A stretch of DNA of 64,000 bases from Ruminococcaceae bacterium UBA2857 (GTDB lineage: Bacteria > Bacillota > Clostridia > Oscillospirales > Acutalibacteraceae), in the NCBI GenBank assembly GCA_002350705.1, contig DEFH01000053.1, positions 127,801 to 191,800 on the forward strand. The letters run 5' to 3'. Below the pieces are notes generated by a model. That model was not told where the DNA came from. It did no database searches and saw nothing but the letters and a program-made list of their open reading frames with translations. How positions within the stretch are numbered: position 1 is the stretch's first letter; each line of letters begins with the position of its first letter. Below are positions 46,293 to 56,583 of this stretch, one piece after another. The position numbers and the translations under genes are program-made.

Positions 46293-47624
46293 TCATTCTA
46301 TTTCATTCACAGAGTTGATGAAGGGTTCAATATAGTCAAAGTTCAGGATACCGTAAACATTTCCCTTTGTCTGTTCCTCAAAGACCTTTCCTGCATGGTC
46401 GAGATTGTCAAGGATAATGATTTTGTCTTTGGGAATCCCTGCCAGCATGATTCTTGCGGCAAAGTCAAACCGATAGGGACCGGCACAGACAACATTTTGC
46501 AGAGTATCATCATTGAGCAGTTCAAAATTGATGTCATACAGCCATGACAAATCAAAGAAAGTATATCTTCTGCTGATTTCACGCAAGCCCAGGACAATCG
46601 TTTTCGGAGACTTGTCAAGAGCCGTATGTATGACAGCCAGATTATAAGTCGCATTGTTTTCGGCTTTGCAGTTAAGGGCAATGTATTTGCGGTCTTTTTT
46701 GACGATTTCCTGATAGATTTTATTTTGGATGTGCTGGGCATTGAGGGAAGAAGCAATCTTATCTTCCGTGATTCCCGCAAGACTTAACACCGCATAAGCA
46801 GCGGCCATATTATACAGATTGAAAAGAATCAGTTCATTTGCTGTCATTTTGACTTTGTTGTTGACGGTGATTTCATTCGTATCTTTATTAACAGAGGTGA
46901 TGCAGAAATCGGGAATATTTCTTGCAAAACCGCAGTTCGGACATTTGAAATCTCCCACACTGCCGTAATGCCTGTAAGAATAGGTAAGCCTTGCATGACA
47001 TTTCGGGCAATAGTTTCTGTCACGGACATCATTCAACTCATTATCATAGCTTGCAAAAAACCTGTCAATGCCGAAATAGGTAATATGTTCCTTATGCAGA
47101 GAAAAGCTTTTTGTGACAGGATCATCCCCGTTGACAATGAGATGGGTGCTCTCAGGGATGCCTTTTAAGATTTCACCGGCTACAATATCAAAGTCGCCCT
47201 GTCTGGGAGGCTGGTCACGGGTGATATTGTTGATTACAAGATAGTCGGGTGTAATATATTTGGTAATGAGTTTCAGATAGCGTTCATCCACTTCCAGAAC
47301 AAGGGATTCCTGCTTGAGCTTGCCTGAAAAGGAGATGTGCTTAATCACGGTAGAGGCAACACCATTGAGCAGATTGGAACCCTCCAGATTATGAGCCACA
47401 CTTGTACCGTTTTCACGCAGAGCATCTGCAATAATTCTTGTGGTAGAGCCTTTTCCGCAGCTTCCCGTCACCATAACGGTGAGTTTCGGATATTGTACGG
47501 TTTTGAGATAGCCGGGGAAAACTGTCAGAACAGCTTTTCCGGGGAAACTGCTTGCATTTTTATGCAGGAGTTTTTCTGCCAGAAAGACCGCCTTTCCCAA
47601 GAGAGTGCCTAAAAATCGTTTCAC
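46293..47624 (-). CDS. murT: MurT-like Mur ligase family protein (lipid II isoglutaminyl synthase ligase subunit)
   Basis: The Mur-ligase P-loop region is 'VTGSCGKGSTT'. Also present are 'EVDE', 'TRDQ', the four-Cys ribbon 'CPKCHARLTYSYRHYGSVGDFKCPNCG' and the C-terminal 'FDLSWLYD' (DUF1727-like). Confidence 0.8.
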   Translation of the reverse strand: MKRFLGTLLGKAVFLAEKLLHKNASSFPGKAVLTVFPGYLKTVQYPKLTVMVTGSCGKGSTTRIIADALRENGTSVAHNLEGSNLLNGVASTVIKHISFSGKLKQESLVLEVDERYLKLITKYITPDYLVINNITRDQPPRQGDFDIVAGEILKGIPESTHLIVNGDDPVTKSFSLHKEHITYFGIDRFFASYDNELNDVRDRNYCPKCHARLTYSYRHYGSVGDFKCPNCGFARNIPDFCITSVNKDTNEITVNNKVKMTANELILFNLYNMAAAYAVLSLAGITEDKIASSLNAQHIQNKIYQEIVKKDRKYIALNCKAENNATYNLAVIHTALDKSPKTIVLGLREISRRYTFFDLSWLYDINFELLNDDTLQNVVCAGPYRFDFAARIMLAGIPKDKIIILDNLDHAGKVFEEQTKGNVYGILNFDYIEPFINSVNEIE

Positions 47625-47819
47625 AAAATATCCACCCTTTTTTAATCAGATAACAGATTATACTATAGCACAAAATCAGAAAAATTACAGTAACTATTCC
47701 AAAAAAAAAAGCAAAAATTTTGATACGCTGCCTGCCAAAATTTTGTTAAAAATATTTGACCGTTGCGGATTGCCGTGAGGGATTTTTGAAAGGACTGCCT
47801 GAAAAATCGCTGAACAATA

Positions 47820-47848
47820 TTGACAATAAAACTAAAATATTATACAAT
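47820..47848 (+). promoter_or_regulatory. sigma-A type promoter for the 47904-tgt transcription unit
   Basis: TTGACA, a 17-nt spacer and TACAAT. Confidence 0.5.
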
Positions 47849-47903
47849 TATTTCATATGTGCAGCATATTGTACTGTATCATTTTTAGAAAGGACGTTAT
47901 GGA

Positions 47904-49801
<1,898 letters not shown>

Positions 49802-49808
49802 TTGGCAC

Positions 49809-49837
49809 TTGCAAGAAAAAAAGAAACTTGCTATAAT
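49809..49837 (+). promoter_or_regulatory. candidate promoter of yajC
   Basis: TTGCAA, a 17-nt spacer and TGcTATAAT. Confidence 0.5.
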
Positions 49838-49869
49838 GGTGTTATTAATTTTGAAAGGAAGAGGAAAAA

Positions 49870-50283
49870 ATGTCTTTTGGTATTTTGGACACAGCCGCAG
49901 CCGCTGCTTCCACAGCAGCCCAGTCAAATCCCTGGCAGATGGTAATGATGCTCGGTATATGGGCAGCGATTTTTATAGCTGCCTATTTTCTGTTCATCCG
50001 TCCGCAGAGAACCAAGCAGAAACAAGAGGAAGAACTTCGCAACAGTATTGAAATCGGTGATGATATTACCACCATCGGCGGTATTGTGGGCAGAGTCATT
50101 GCCGTGCGTGATGATGACGAGACAATCATTATCGAAACAGGCAGTGACAAGACTCGTATGAGATTCAAGAAATGGGCAATCTCATCTGTTGACACTCCCG
50201 GCAAGCAGCCGAAAAAAGATGATGTCAAAAAGTCTGACAATGACGACAGAAAAAAGAAAAAAACAGAAAAATCAGAGGACTGA
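49870..50283 (+). CDS. yajC: preprotein translocase subunit YajC with an extended Lys/Asp-rich tail
   Basis: 'IFIAAYFLFIRPQRTKQKQEEELRNSIEIGDDITTIGGIVGRV' is the YajC signature. Confidence 0.85.
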   Translation: MSFGILDTAAAAASTAAQSNPWQMVMMLGIWAAIFIAAYFLFIRPQRTKQKQEEELRNSIEIGDDITTIGGIVGRVIAVRDDDETIIIETGSDKTRMRFKKWAISSVDTPGKQPKKDDVKKSDNDDRKKKKTEKSED

Positions 50284-50337
50284 TTTTTCTGACATCACAG
50301 AGGACTTTCCTTAAACGGTCAGTCCCGATAGTGTTTT

Positions 50338-50379
50338 AAGTAACCGCTGTCTTTGACTGAGGGGCGGTTACTTCTTTTT
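50338..50379 (+). terminator. rho-independent terminator after yajC
   Basis: AAGTAACCGC / GCGGTTACTT stem followed by CTTTTT. Confidence 0.65.
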
Positions 50380-50381
50380 GC

Positions 50382-50861
50382 ATGAAAAAGTTATATTTGC
50401 TGCCCACCGGGAATAAGTATTTAGAAAAGTTTTTGGAATGGAGAGATGATTTGATGAAAGGCGAGGGCAGTAAATCCGTACCAAATCTATCTAAAATGAT
50501 GAAATGTATCGGTTTCGGTGCAGTGGCAGGAATCATTCTGACATTGCTGTTTACATTGCTGGGAGCATTCGCAATGGTGAAAATGGAGACGGTGATGTAT
50601 CCGGCAGTCATGCCTTTGGCAGTGGCAGCAGTGTGTCTGGGAAGTTTCGGGGGCGGCTATCTGACGGCAAGACTTCATCAGAGCATGGGAATGGCTGTGG
50701 GAGCCTTATGTGCAGTGGCGGTATTTGTCATTTTTTTGGGACTGGGAGCCGTGTTTGGCAGTCAGTTGGGAGTCGTTTCGCTGCTGAGAGCAGTGCCGGC
50801 GGTGATTTCGGGAGCAATCGGCGGAATTTTGGGTGTCAACAGGCGAAAAAGAAGAAAATAA
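50382..50861 (+). CDS. TIGR04086-like small membrane protein
   Basis: Gly/Ala-rich TM helices ('GFGAVAGIILTLLFTLLGAF', 'AVPAVISGAIGGILG') end in RRKRRK. The true start is probably internal (about 50454 or later). Confidence 0.5.
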   Translation: MKKLYLLPTGNKYLEKFLEWRDDLMKGEGSKSVPNLSKMMKCIGFGAVAGIILTLLFTLLGAFAMVKMETVMYPAVMPLAVAAVCLGSFGGGYLTARLHQSMGMAVGALCAVAVFVIFLGLGAVFGSQLGVVSLLRAVPAVISGAIGGILGVNRRKRRK

Positions 50862-50956
50862 TGTTTGAATTTATCGAAAAGATATGGTATGATAAAGATG
50901 TATACTACCGGCTGCTGAAAAAATGTGTTCGGGGCTGTGAAGAAAGGGTGATTTTC

Positions 50957-51103
50957 GTGAAGGCAACAAAGCATATCAAAACTTTGAACAATGCGAATCT
51001 GAAGGAGTCCGCTGTAAAGGGCGGCTGCGGTGAATGTCAGGCTTCCTGTCAGTCAGCCTGCAAAACTTCCTGCACAGTTGCAAACCAGAAGTGCGAGAAG
51101 TGA
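50957..51103 (+). CDS. scfA: six-cysteine ranthipeptide precursor SCIFF
   Basis: GTG at 50957 sits about 7 nt after AAAGGGTG. The 48-aa product '(M)KATKHIKTLNNANLKESAVKGGCGECQASCQSACKTSCTVANQKCEK' matches the highly conserved SCIFF sequence and has exactly six Cys. In the track it is buried in the 3' end of ORF 50504..51103. Confidence 0.85.
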   Translation: MKATKHIKTLNNANLKESAVKGGCGECQASCQSACKTSCTVANQKCEK

Positions 51104-51131
51104 TTGTAAAGACAAAATGCAATCTGAATGT

Positions 51132-51160
51132 AAAAGGCGGATGGTTTTGTCCGCCTTTTA
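51132..51160 (+). terminator. hairpin between precursor and maturase genes (partial terminator/attenuator)
   Basis: AAAAGGCGGA-tggttttg-TCCGCCTTTT. Confidence 0.5.
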
Positions 51161-51188
51161 TAATTGCCGATTTAGGGGGATTTATAAA

Positions 51189-52601
51189 ATGATACACAAA
51201 TATCAACTGAACGGATATAATATATGTCTGGATGTACACAGCGGAGCCGTACACGTTCTGGATGACATAGCGTATGATGTGCTGGACTACTGCGGAGAAA
51301 ATATGACCGAAAAGGCACCTGAAATCATGTATACCGAACTTTCGGAAAAGTATGACAGGGACGAACTGACGGAAACCTATGCGGCTTTGTATGAGCTGTA
51401 TGAAATGGGACAGCTTTTCTCACCCGATGATTATGAGCAGTTTGCCGATCTGATGACAAAAGCACCTATCAAGTCCATGTGCATTAATATTTCTCATGAC
51501 TGCAACCTGAGATGTGAATACTGCTTTGCGGCAAAGGGAGATTTCGGTCAGGGAAGATGTCTGATGTCGTTTGAAACGGCTAAAAAAGCCATTGATTTTA
51601 TCATAGCCAATTCGAGTACAAGACATAATCTGGAAGTGGATTTCTTTGGCGGTGAGCCGCTGATGAATTTTGAAGTCGTGAAACAGACCGTTGAATATGC
51701 AAGGAGCATTGAAAAACAGCACAACAAGAATTTCCGTTTCACGATCACAACCAACGGACTTCTGCTGGATGATGAAAAGATTGATTATATCAACAAAGAA
51801 ATGTCCAATGTCGTGCTGTCGCTTGACGGACGAAAGGAAATCAATGATAAACTGAGAGTCACTCCGAACGGAAAAGGCTGTTATGATATTATTGTTCCGA
51901 AATATCAGAAATTGGTTTCCGAAAGAGGCGACAAAGATTATTATGTGCGTGGCACGTTCACGACTTTCAGTGAAGATTTCACGGCAGATGTTATGCACAT
52001 GAAAAGCCTTGGCTTTGACCAGATTTCCATAGAGCCTGTTGTGTCTGATCCGAAGCTTGATTATTCTATTAAATACGAGGATTTGCCGAAAGTGTTCAAT
52101 GAGTATGAAAAGCTCGCCAAAACGGTTATCGAAACAAGACAAAAAGGCGATTTCTTCAATTTCTTCCATTTCATGATAGACTTGAATCAGGGACCTTGTG
52201 CCATCAAGAGATTAAGAGGATGCGGCTGCGGCAATGAATACGTTGCAGTGACACCGCAGGGAGATATTTATCCGTGTCATCAGTTTGTCGGACAGGAAGA
52301 ATATAAAATGGGCAATCTGAATGACGGCACTTTTGACAATGATATGAAATTGCGCTTTGCGAAAGCCAATGTCTATTCCAAAGAAAACTGTAAAAACTGC
52401 TGGGCAAAATTCTATTGCAGCGGCGGCTGCAATGCCAACAACTTCCAGTATGAAGGCGATATTCTGAAATCCCATAAGGTCGGCTGTGAACTGGAGAAAA
52501 AGCGTCTGGAATGTGCTATCATGATAAAAGCGGCACTGGCTGACAGCGGCGTCGAAAATGCATCCTGCGACGGTGAAGACTGTTTTGTGGAGTGCCATTA
52601 A
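51189..52601 (+). CDS. scfB: radical SAM/SPASM thioether-forming SCIFF peptide maturase
   Basis: ATG 51189 follows GGGGGA. 'CNLRCEYCF' is the radical SAM CxxxCxxC motif, and the Cys-rich SPASM C-terminus reads 'CGCGNEY...CHQF', 'CKNCWAKFYCSGGC'. It lies directly downstream of scfA. Confidence 0.85.
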   Translation: MIHKYQLNGYNICLDVHSGAVHVLDDIAYDVLDYCGENMTEKAPEIMYTELSEKYDRDELTETYAALYELYEMGQLFSPDDYEQFADLMTKAPIKSMCINISHDCNLRCEYCFAAKGDFGQGRCLMSFETAKKAIDFIIANSSTRHNLEVDFFGGEPLMNFEVVKQTVEYARSIEKQHNKNFRFTITTNGLLLDDEKIDYINKEMSNVVLSLDGRKEINDKLRVTPNGKGCYDIIVPKYQKLVSERGDKDYYVRGTFTTFSEDFTADVMHMKSLGFDQISIEPVVSDPKLDYSIKYEDLPKVFNEYEKLAKTVIETRQKGDFFNFFHFMIDLNQGPCAIKRLRGCGCGNEYVAVTPQGDIYPCHQFVGQEEYKMGNLNDGTFDNDMKLRFAKANVYSKENCKNCWAKFYCSGGCNANNFQYEGDILKSHKVGCELEKKRLECAIMIKAALADSGVENASCDGEDCFVECH

Positions 52602-52618
52602 AAATTAACAGCAGGCTA

Positions 52619-52647
52619 TTGACAAAAATGTAAAAATATGATATAGT
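52619..52647 (+). promoter_or_regulatory. promoter of the infC-rpmI-rplT operon
   Basis: TTGACA (52619-52624), a 17-nt spacer and TATAGT (52642-52647). Confidence 0.6.
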
Positions 52648-52654
52648 AGGCAGG

Positions 52655-52800
52655 TAAAACAAAGTAAAGCTATGAGCTTTCACCTGTAGGGTGTCGTCTG
52701 TTACAGGTCAATAGTATGGGAAATATCGGCAAAGGGGTTTGCCGGTTGCTTGAAACTGTTGATAATGCACGGACGATCAAACAAAGTCCGTGCTTTTCTT
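52655..52800 (+). promoter_or_regulatory. structured leader consistent with the Firmicutes L20 leader (attenuator)
   Basis: It lies upstream of infC. Hairpins ACCTGTA/TACAGGT and GGCAAA/TTTGCC are followed by the terminator GCACGGAC...GTCCGTGC + TTTTCTTT (52767-52800). Confidence 0.55.
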
Positions 52801-52834
52801 TATATATCAAAAAATTTGTTGGAGGTGCTTTAAG

Positions 52835-53353
52835 ATTAGCAAGCAGGAAATTCAGATTAACGAGGAAATTCGTGATAAGGAGATCAGAGTCATTGATTCT
52901 GACGGCAGCCAGCTCGGCATCATGTCTGCATCACAGGCACTGGACAAGGCCGCTGCCAAAAATCTTGATCTGGTGAAAATCGCACCGCAGGCAACTCCGC
53001 CTGTATGTAAGATTATGGACTACGGCAAGTATCGCTTTGAACAGGCAAAGCGTGAAAAGGAAGCAAGGAAAAATCAGCATATTGTTGATATTAAGGAAAT
53101 CAGGCTGTCACTGAATATTGATACGCATGACTTCAACACCAAGCTCAACCATACGCAGAAGTTTATCAAAAGCGGTGACAAAGTCAAAGTGTCCATTCGT
53201 TTCAGAGGCCGTGAGATGGGACATCCCGAACTCGGTACCGAAATCATGAAGAAATTTGCCGAAGCCTGTCAGGAGTTTGCAGCAGTCGAAAAACCTGCAA
53301 AGCTGGAGGGACGCAGTATGCTGATGTTCCTCGCACCAAAGCCAAACAAATAA
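52835..53353 (+). CDS. infC: translation initiation factor IF-3, probable ATT start codon
   Basis: GGAGGTG (52821-52827) is followed 7 nt later by an in-frame ATT at 52835. The product '(M)SKQEIQINEEIRDKEIRVIDSDGSQLGIMS...' begins like canonical IF-3. Upstream in-frame codons lie within the leader terminator. Confidence 0.8.
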   Translation: MSKQEIQINEEIRDKEIRVIDSDGSQLGIMSASQALDKAAAKNLDLVKIAPQATPPVCKIMDYGKYRFEQAKREKEARKNQHIVDIKEIRLSLNIDTHDFNTKLNHTQKFIKSGDKVKVSIRFRGREMGHPELGTEIMKKFAEACQEFAAVEKPAKLEGRSMLMFLAPKPNK

Positions 53354-53383
53354 GCAACAAAAAATTCAAGGAGGTTTCTTAGT

Positions 53384-53581
53384 ATGCCTAAGATTAAGAC
53401 ACACAGCGGAGCTAAAAAACGCTTTAAGCTCTCTAAAAACGGAAAGGTAATTCGTGCACACGCAAATAAATCACATATCCTCAACAAAAAGACCACCAAG
53501 AGAAAAAGAGGTCTGAGAAAAACGGTTGCTGCCGATAAGACAAATGTAGCAGCTATCAAGAAGCTCATTCCGTACAAATAA
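53384..53581 (+). CDS. rpmI: 50S ribosomal protein L35
   Basis: '[33 protein letters not shown]'. Confidence 0.95.
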   Translation: MPKIKTHSGAKKRFKLSKNGKVIRAHANKSHILNKKTTKRKRGLRKTVAADKTNVAAIKKLIPYK

Positions 53582-53631
53582 TGGAAGGCTTGTTCCCGCT
53601 TAAAAAATAACGATTATCGGAGGTATATACT

Positions 53632-53985
53632 ATGGCACGTGTAAAGGGTGCGTTGGCAACACGCAAAAGAAGAAAAAAGGTTTTAAAGCTCGCTAAAGGC
53701 TACTGGGGTGCTAAAAGCAAGCACTTTAAAATGGCAAAAGAAGCCGTAATGAAAAGCGGCAATTATGCATATATCGGCCGTAAGCAGAAGAAAAGAGATT
53801 TCAGAAGACTCTGGATCACTCGTATTTCTGCAGGCTGCAAGGCTAACGGTGTGAACTACTCCACCTTCATGAACGGTCTGAAAAAGGCAGGCATTACTCT
53901 TAACAGAAAGATGCTTTCCGAAATTGCGATCGCAGATCCCGCTGCTTTCACAGCTCTTGTTGAACAGGCAAAGGCTGCTCTCTAA
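53632..53985 (+). CDS. rplT: 50S ribosomal protein L20
   Basis: '[29 protein letters not shown]...FRRLWITRI'. Confidence 0.95.
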   Translation: MARVKGALATRKRRKKVLKLAKGYWGAKSKHFKMAKEAVMKSGNYAYIGRKQKKRDFRRLWITRISAGCKANGVNYSTFMNGLKKAGITLNRKMLSEIAIADPAAFTALVEQAKAAL

Positions 53986-53996
53986 TTAAACCGACA

Positions 53997-54029
53997 AATG
54001 CACCTGAGTGAAAGCTTGGGTGCATTTTT
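53997..54029 (+). terminator. terminator after rplT
   Basis: AATGCACC... / ...GGTGCATT stem followed by TTTTT. Confidence 0.6.
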
Positions 54030-54069
54030 ATTGAGAGTGAAAAATGGAAAATGGAAAGTGGAGAGTGCA

Positions 54070-54585
54070 GTGAAAAAAGAAAATATTGTTTTGATAGGAA
54101 TGCCCGGCTGCGGCAAAAGTACGGTTGGCGTGGTGCTGGCGAAAATGCTGGGCTATCGGTTTATGGATTCCGACTTGCTGATACAGGAAAGTGAAAACAG
54201 GCTTTTAAGCGAGATTATCGAGCAGGATGGTCTGAACGGTTTCAATGCCATTGAAAACAAAATCAATGCGTCTATCAATGTCAAAAGGAGTGTCATTGCA
54301 ACAGGCGGAAGTGTTGTCTATGGACAGGAAGCGATGGAGCATTTAAAGGAAATCGGTGTGATCGTCTATATCAGGCTTCCGTATGAGAAAATCAGGAAGC
54401 GTCTCGGCAACCTTGCCAAAAGAGGGGTTGCCATTCAGAAAAATCAGACATTAAAGGATTTATATAACGAGCGTGTACCGCTGTACGAAAAATATGCAGA
54501 TGTAATCATTGATGAAAGCAGCATGGATATTTCACAGACGGCATCGCTCATAAAGGAAAAATATGATGATTACAAGCAAAGATAA
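54070..54585 (+). CDS. aroK: shikimate kinase
   Basis: 'NIVLIGMPGCGKSTVG' (P-loop), 'FMDSD' and 'IATGGS'. GTG 54070 follows GGAG. The track's ATG 53998 lies inside the rplT terminator. Confidence 0.8.
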   Translation: MKKENIVLIGMPGCGKSTVGVVLAKMLGYRFMDSDLLIQESENRLLSEIIEQDGLNGFNAIENKINASINVKRSVIATGGSVVYGQEAMEHLKEIGVIVYIRLPYEKIRKRLGNLAKRGVAIQKNQTLKDLYNERVPLYEKYADVIIDESSMDISQTASLIKEKYDDYKQR

Positions 54586-55345
54586 CGACATGATCAAACA
54601 GGTATCAAAACTGTTGTCGAGTGCCTCTTACAGACGGGAAACAGGAAATTTTGTGGCAGAGGGAGCAAGACTTTGCAGTGACGGCGTTTTGTCGGGAGCA
54701 AAAACGGATCTGTTTCTGTATACCCAAAGGGCAAAGGAAAAATATCCCGAAGAATTTGCACAAGTGATGGCGGCTGCCAAAAAAAGCTGTGAAATCAGTG
54801 AACCGCTTCTGAAAAAAATTTCCGATACCAATTCCCCTCAAGGATTTTTGTGTGTTTTTCGGACACTTGACAAAAAAAGTTTATCGTATAAAATAAAGAA
54901 GAAAGAACGCTATGCAGGACTGGAAAATATACAGGATCCCTCGAATATGGGAACCATTCTGCGAACAGCCGAAGCACTGGGCATAAACGGTGTGATTGTG
55001 TCAAAGGACTGCTGTGATATATACTCTCCAAAAGTCGTGAGAGGAAGTATGGGAGCGGTGTTCAGGGTTTCTGTCATCACAGCGGAGAATTTCACGGACT
55101 ATATCGCACAGCTTACAAAAGAGGGAATCCTTACATACGCCTCTACACCGAGAAATGCTGAAAATATCGAAACGGTTGATTTTTCGGAGGGAGGTGTGAT
55201 GCTGATCGGCAATGAGGGAAACGGTTTGAAAGAGGAAACGATCCGTGTATGTTCCGGGCGTGTCGGAATAGAAATGAAAGGCAGAGCAGAATCTCTCAAT
55301 GCAGCGGCAGCAGCAGCAATTTTGCTGTACAGGTTTCAGGGATAG
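54563..55345 (+). CDS. TrmH/SpoU family RNA 2'-O-methyltransferase
   Basis: 'ITSKDNDMIKQVSKL', 'LENIQDPSNMGTILRTAEALG', 'IGNEGNGL' and 'ESLNAAAAAAILLY'. Confidence 0.85.
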   Translation: MMITSKDNDMIKQVSKLLSSASYRRETGNFVAEGARLCSDGVLSGAKTDLFLYTQRAKEKYPEEFAQVMAAAKKSCEISEPLLKKISDTNSPQGFLCVFRTLDKKSLSYKIKKKERYAGLENIQDPSNMGTILRTAEALGINGVIVSKDCCDIYSPKVVRGSMGAVFRVSVITAENFTDYIAQLTKEGILTYASTPRNAENIETVDFSEGGVMLIGNEGNGLKEETIRVCSGRVGIEMKGRAESLNAAAAAAILLYRFQG

Positions 55346-55366
55346 GACGGAAAGAGGTGTCGTCTG

Positions 55367-56566
55367 ATGAATGAACGGTTGAATGAACGGTTGATTGTAT
55401 GGATATGGCTTCAGGAATGTCTGGGATACGGCAGGACAGGAATTCAAAAAATTTTCAGTGTTTTTGAAAAGCCTGAGGATATCCTGACGGCAAGTGAAGC
55501 AACTTTGCGTGAAACAAATCTTTTTAATGAGCATACACTGTTAAAAATCCTGTATAAAGATTTACGGTATGCCAAAAAGGTTTATGATGACTGTCAGCGT
55601 TTGGGCTATGACATCATTTCCGTACTGGATGAACGCTACCCCGAAAATCTCAGAAAATTGGATGATTTACCGCTTTTGCTGTATGTAGAGGGAACTCTCC
55701 CCAAAACCGGCGGAATTCTTTGCACAGCGGTTGTCGGCTCAAGAAAGGCAACGGATGAAAGTAAAAAAATAGCTTTGGATATTGGTGCGGGGCTGGCAAT
55801 GAACGGAGCAGTTGTGGTCAGCGGCGGAGCAGACGGCGTTGATACGCAGGCTCACAGAGGTGCTTTGAGTGCCAACGCTCAGACAGTCTGTGTGTTGGGC
55901 TGCGGACTGAATTACAACTCTCTCGTCAAAGATGTGCAGCTCAGAAAAGATATATCCCGTTCGGGAGCGGTCATTTCGGAATACCCTCCCCATGTGACAT
56001 CCCAGAAGCATACATTTTTACAGCGTGACAGGATTATTGCCGGAATGTGTGAGTGTACGGTGGTCGTGCAGGCAGGAATCGGAAGCGGTTCGCTTGCTAC
56101 CGCTGATTTGGCGATGAAATACCGGAGAAAAGTGTTTGTTATGAAAGATACACCGGATACCCCTGCCTTTGCGGGACTGAAATATCTGATTCGTCATGGT
56201 GCCGATACCATTCAGACACACACCGACCTTTTGCGTTGGTATCGGAAAACAGAGGATATGCCGGCTGTCGAGGAAGCTGTTTCCGATCAGGCACAGCAGG
56301 AAAAAGAACTGCATTTTGAATATCGTACCCGCAAAAGGAAGTCTCAGCCGTGTACAATGGAGCAGACGGAAAAGAAATTTTTGTCTGAACAGTTGACAGA
56401 AAACGCAGTTATGGTGTATCATACAATTTCAGAGATACCTGTTGACACGGACGACATCAGCAATGCCGTTGATTTGGATATTCCGTCTGTCACAGCGGCA
56501 CTGACGGAGCTTGAAATGATGGGCTTTGTTGTTCAGATAGCAGGAAAAAGATATATCAGAAAATAA
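55367..56566 (+). CDS. dprA: DNA-processing protein DprA (Smf)
   Basis: 'VVGSRKATDESKKIA...VVSGGADGVDTQAHRGAL' is the Rossmann-like DprA core. Codons 2-9 contain a 12-nt tandem duplication (AATGAACGGTTG x2, 55370-55393). Confidence 0.85.
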   Translation: MNERLNERLIVWIWLQECLGYGRTGIQKIFSVFEKPEDILTASEATLRETNLFNEHTLLKILYKDLRYAKKVYDDCQRLGYDIISVLDERYPENLRKLDDLPLLLYVEGTLPKTGGILCTAVVGSRKATDESKKIALDIGAGLAMNGAVVVSGGADGVDTQAHRGALSANAQTVCVLGCGLNYNSLVKDVQLRKDISRSGAVISEYPPHVTSQKHTFLQRDRIIAGMCECTVVVQAGIGSGSLATADLAMKYRRKVFVMKDTPDTPAFAGLKYLIRHGADTIQTHTDLLRWYRKTEDMPAVEEAVSDQAQQEKELHFEYRTRKRKSQPCTMEQTEKKFLSEQLTENAVMVYHTISEIPVDTDDISNAVDLDIPSVTAALTELEMMGFVVQIAGKRYIRK

Positions 56567-56583
56567 TTTTGTCGGAGGAAATT

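Noticed and set aside
50504-51103. The 199-aa ORF in the track.
   Set aside because: It overlaps the TIGR04086-like membrane protein gene in another frame and has a low-complexity, Arg/Gly/Ser-rich translation. Only its last 48 codons, the SCIFF precursor with its own RBS and GTG, look genuine.
53998-54069. ATG 53998 as the start of aroK.
   Set aside because: This start lies inside the rplT terminator hairpin, and the first 24 residues are not part of shikimate kinase. GTG 54070 after GGAG gives the canonical N-terminus just before the P-loop.
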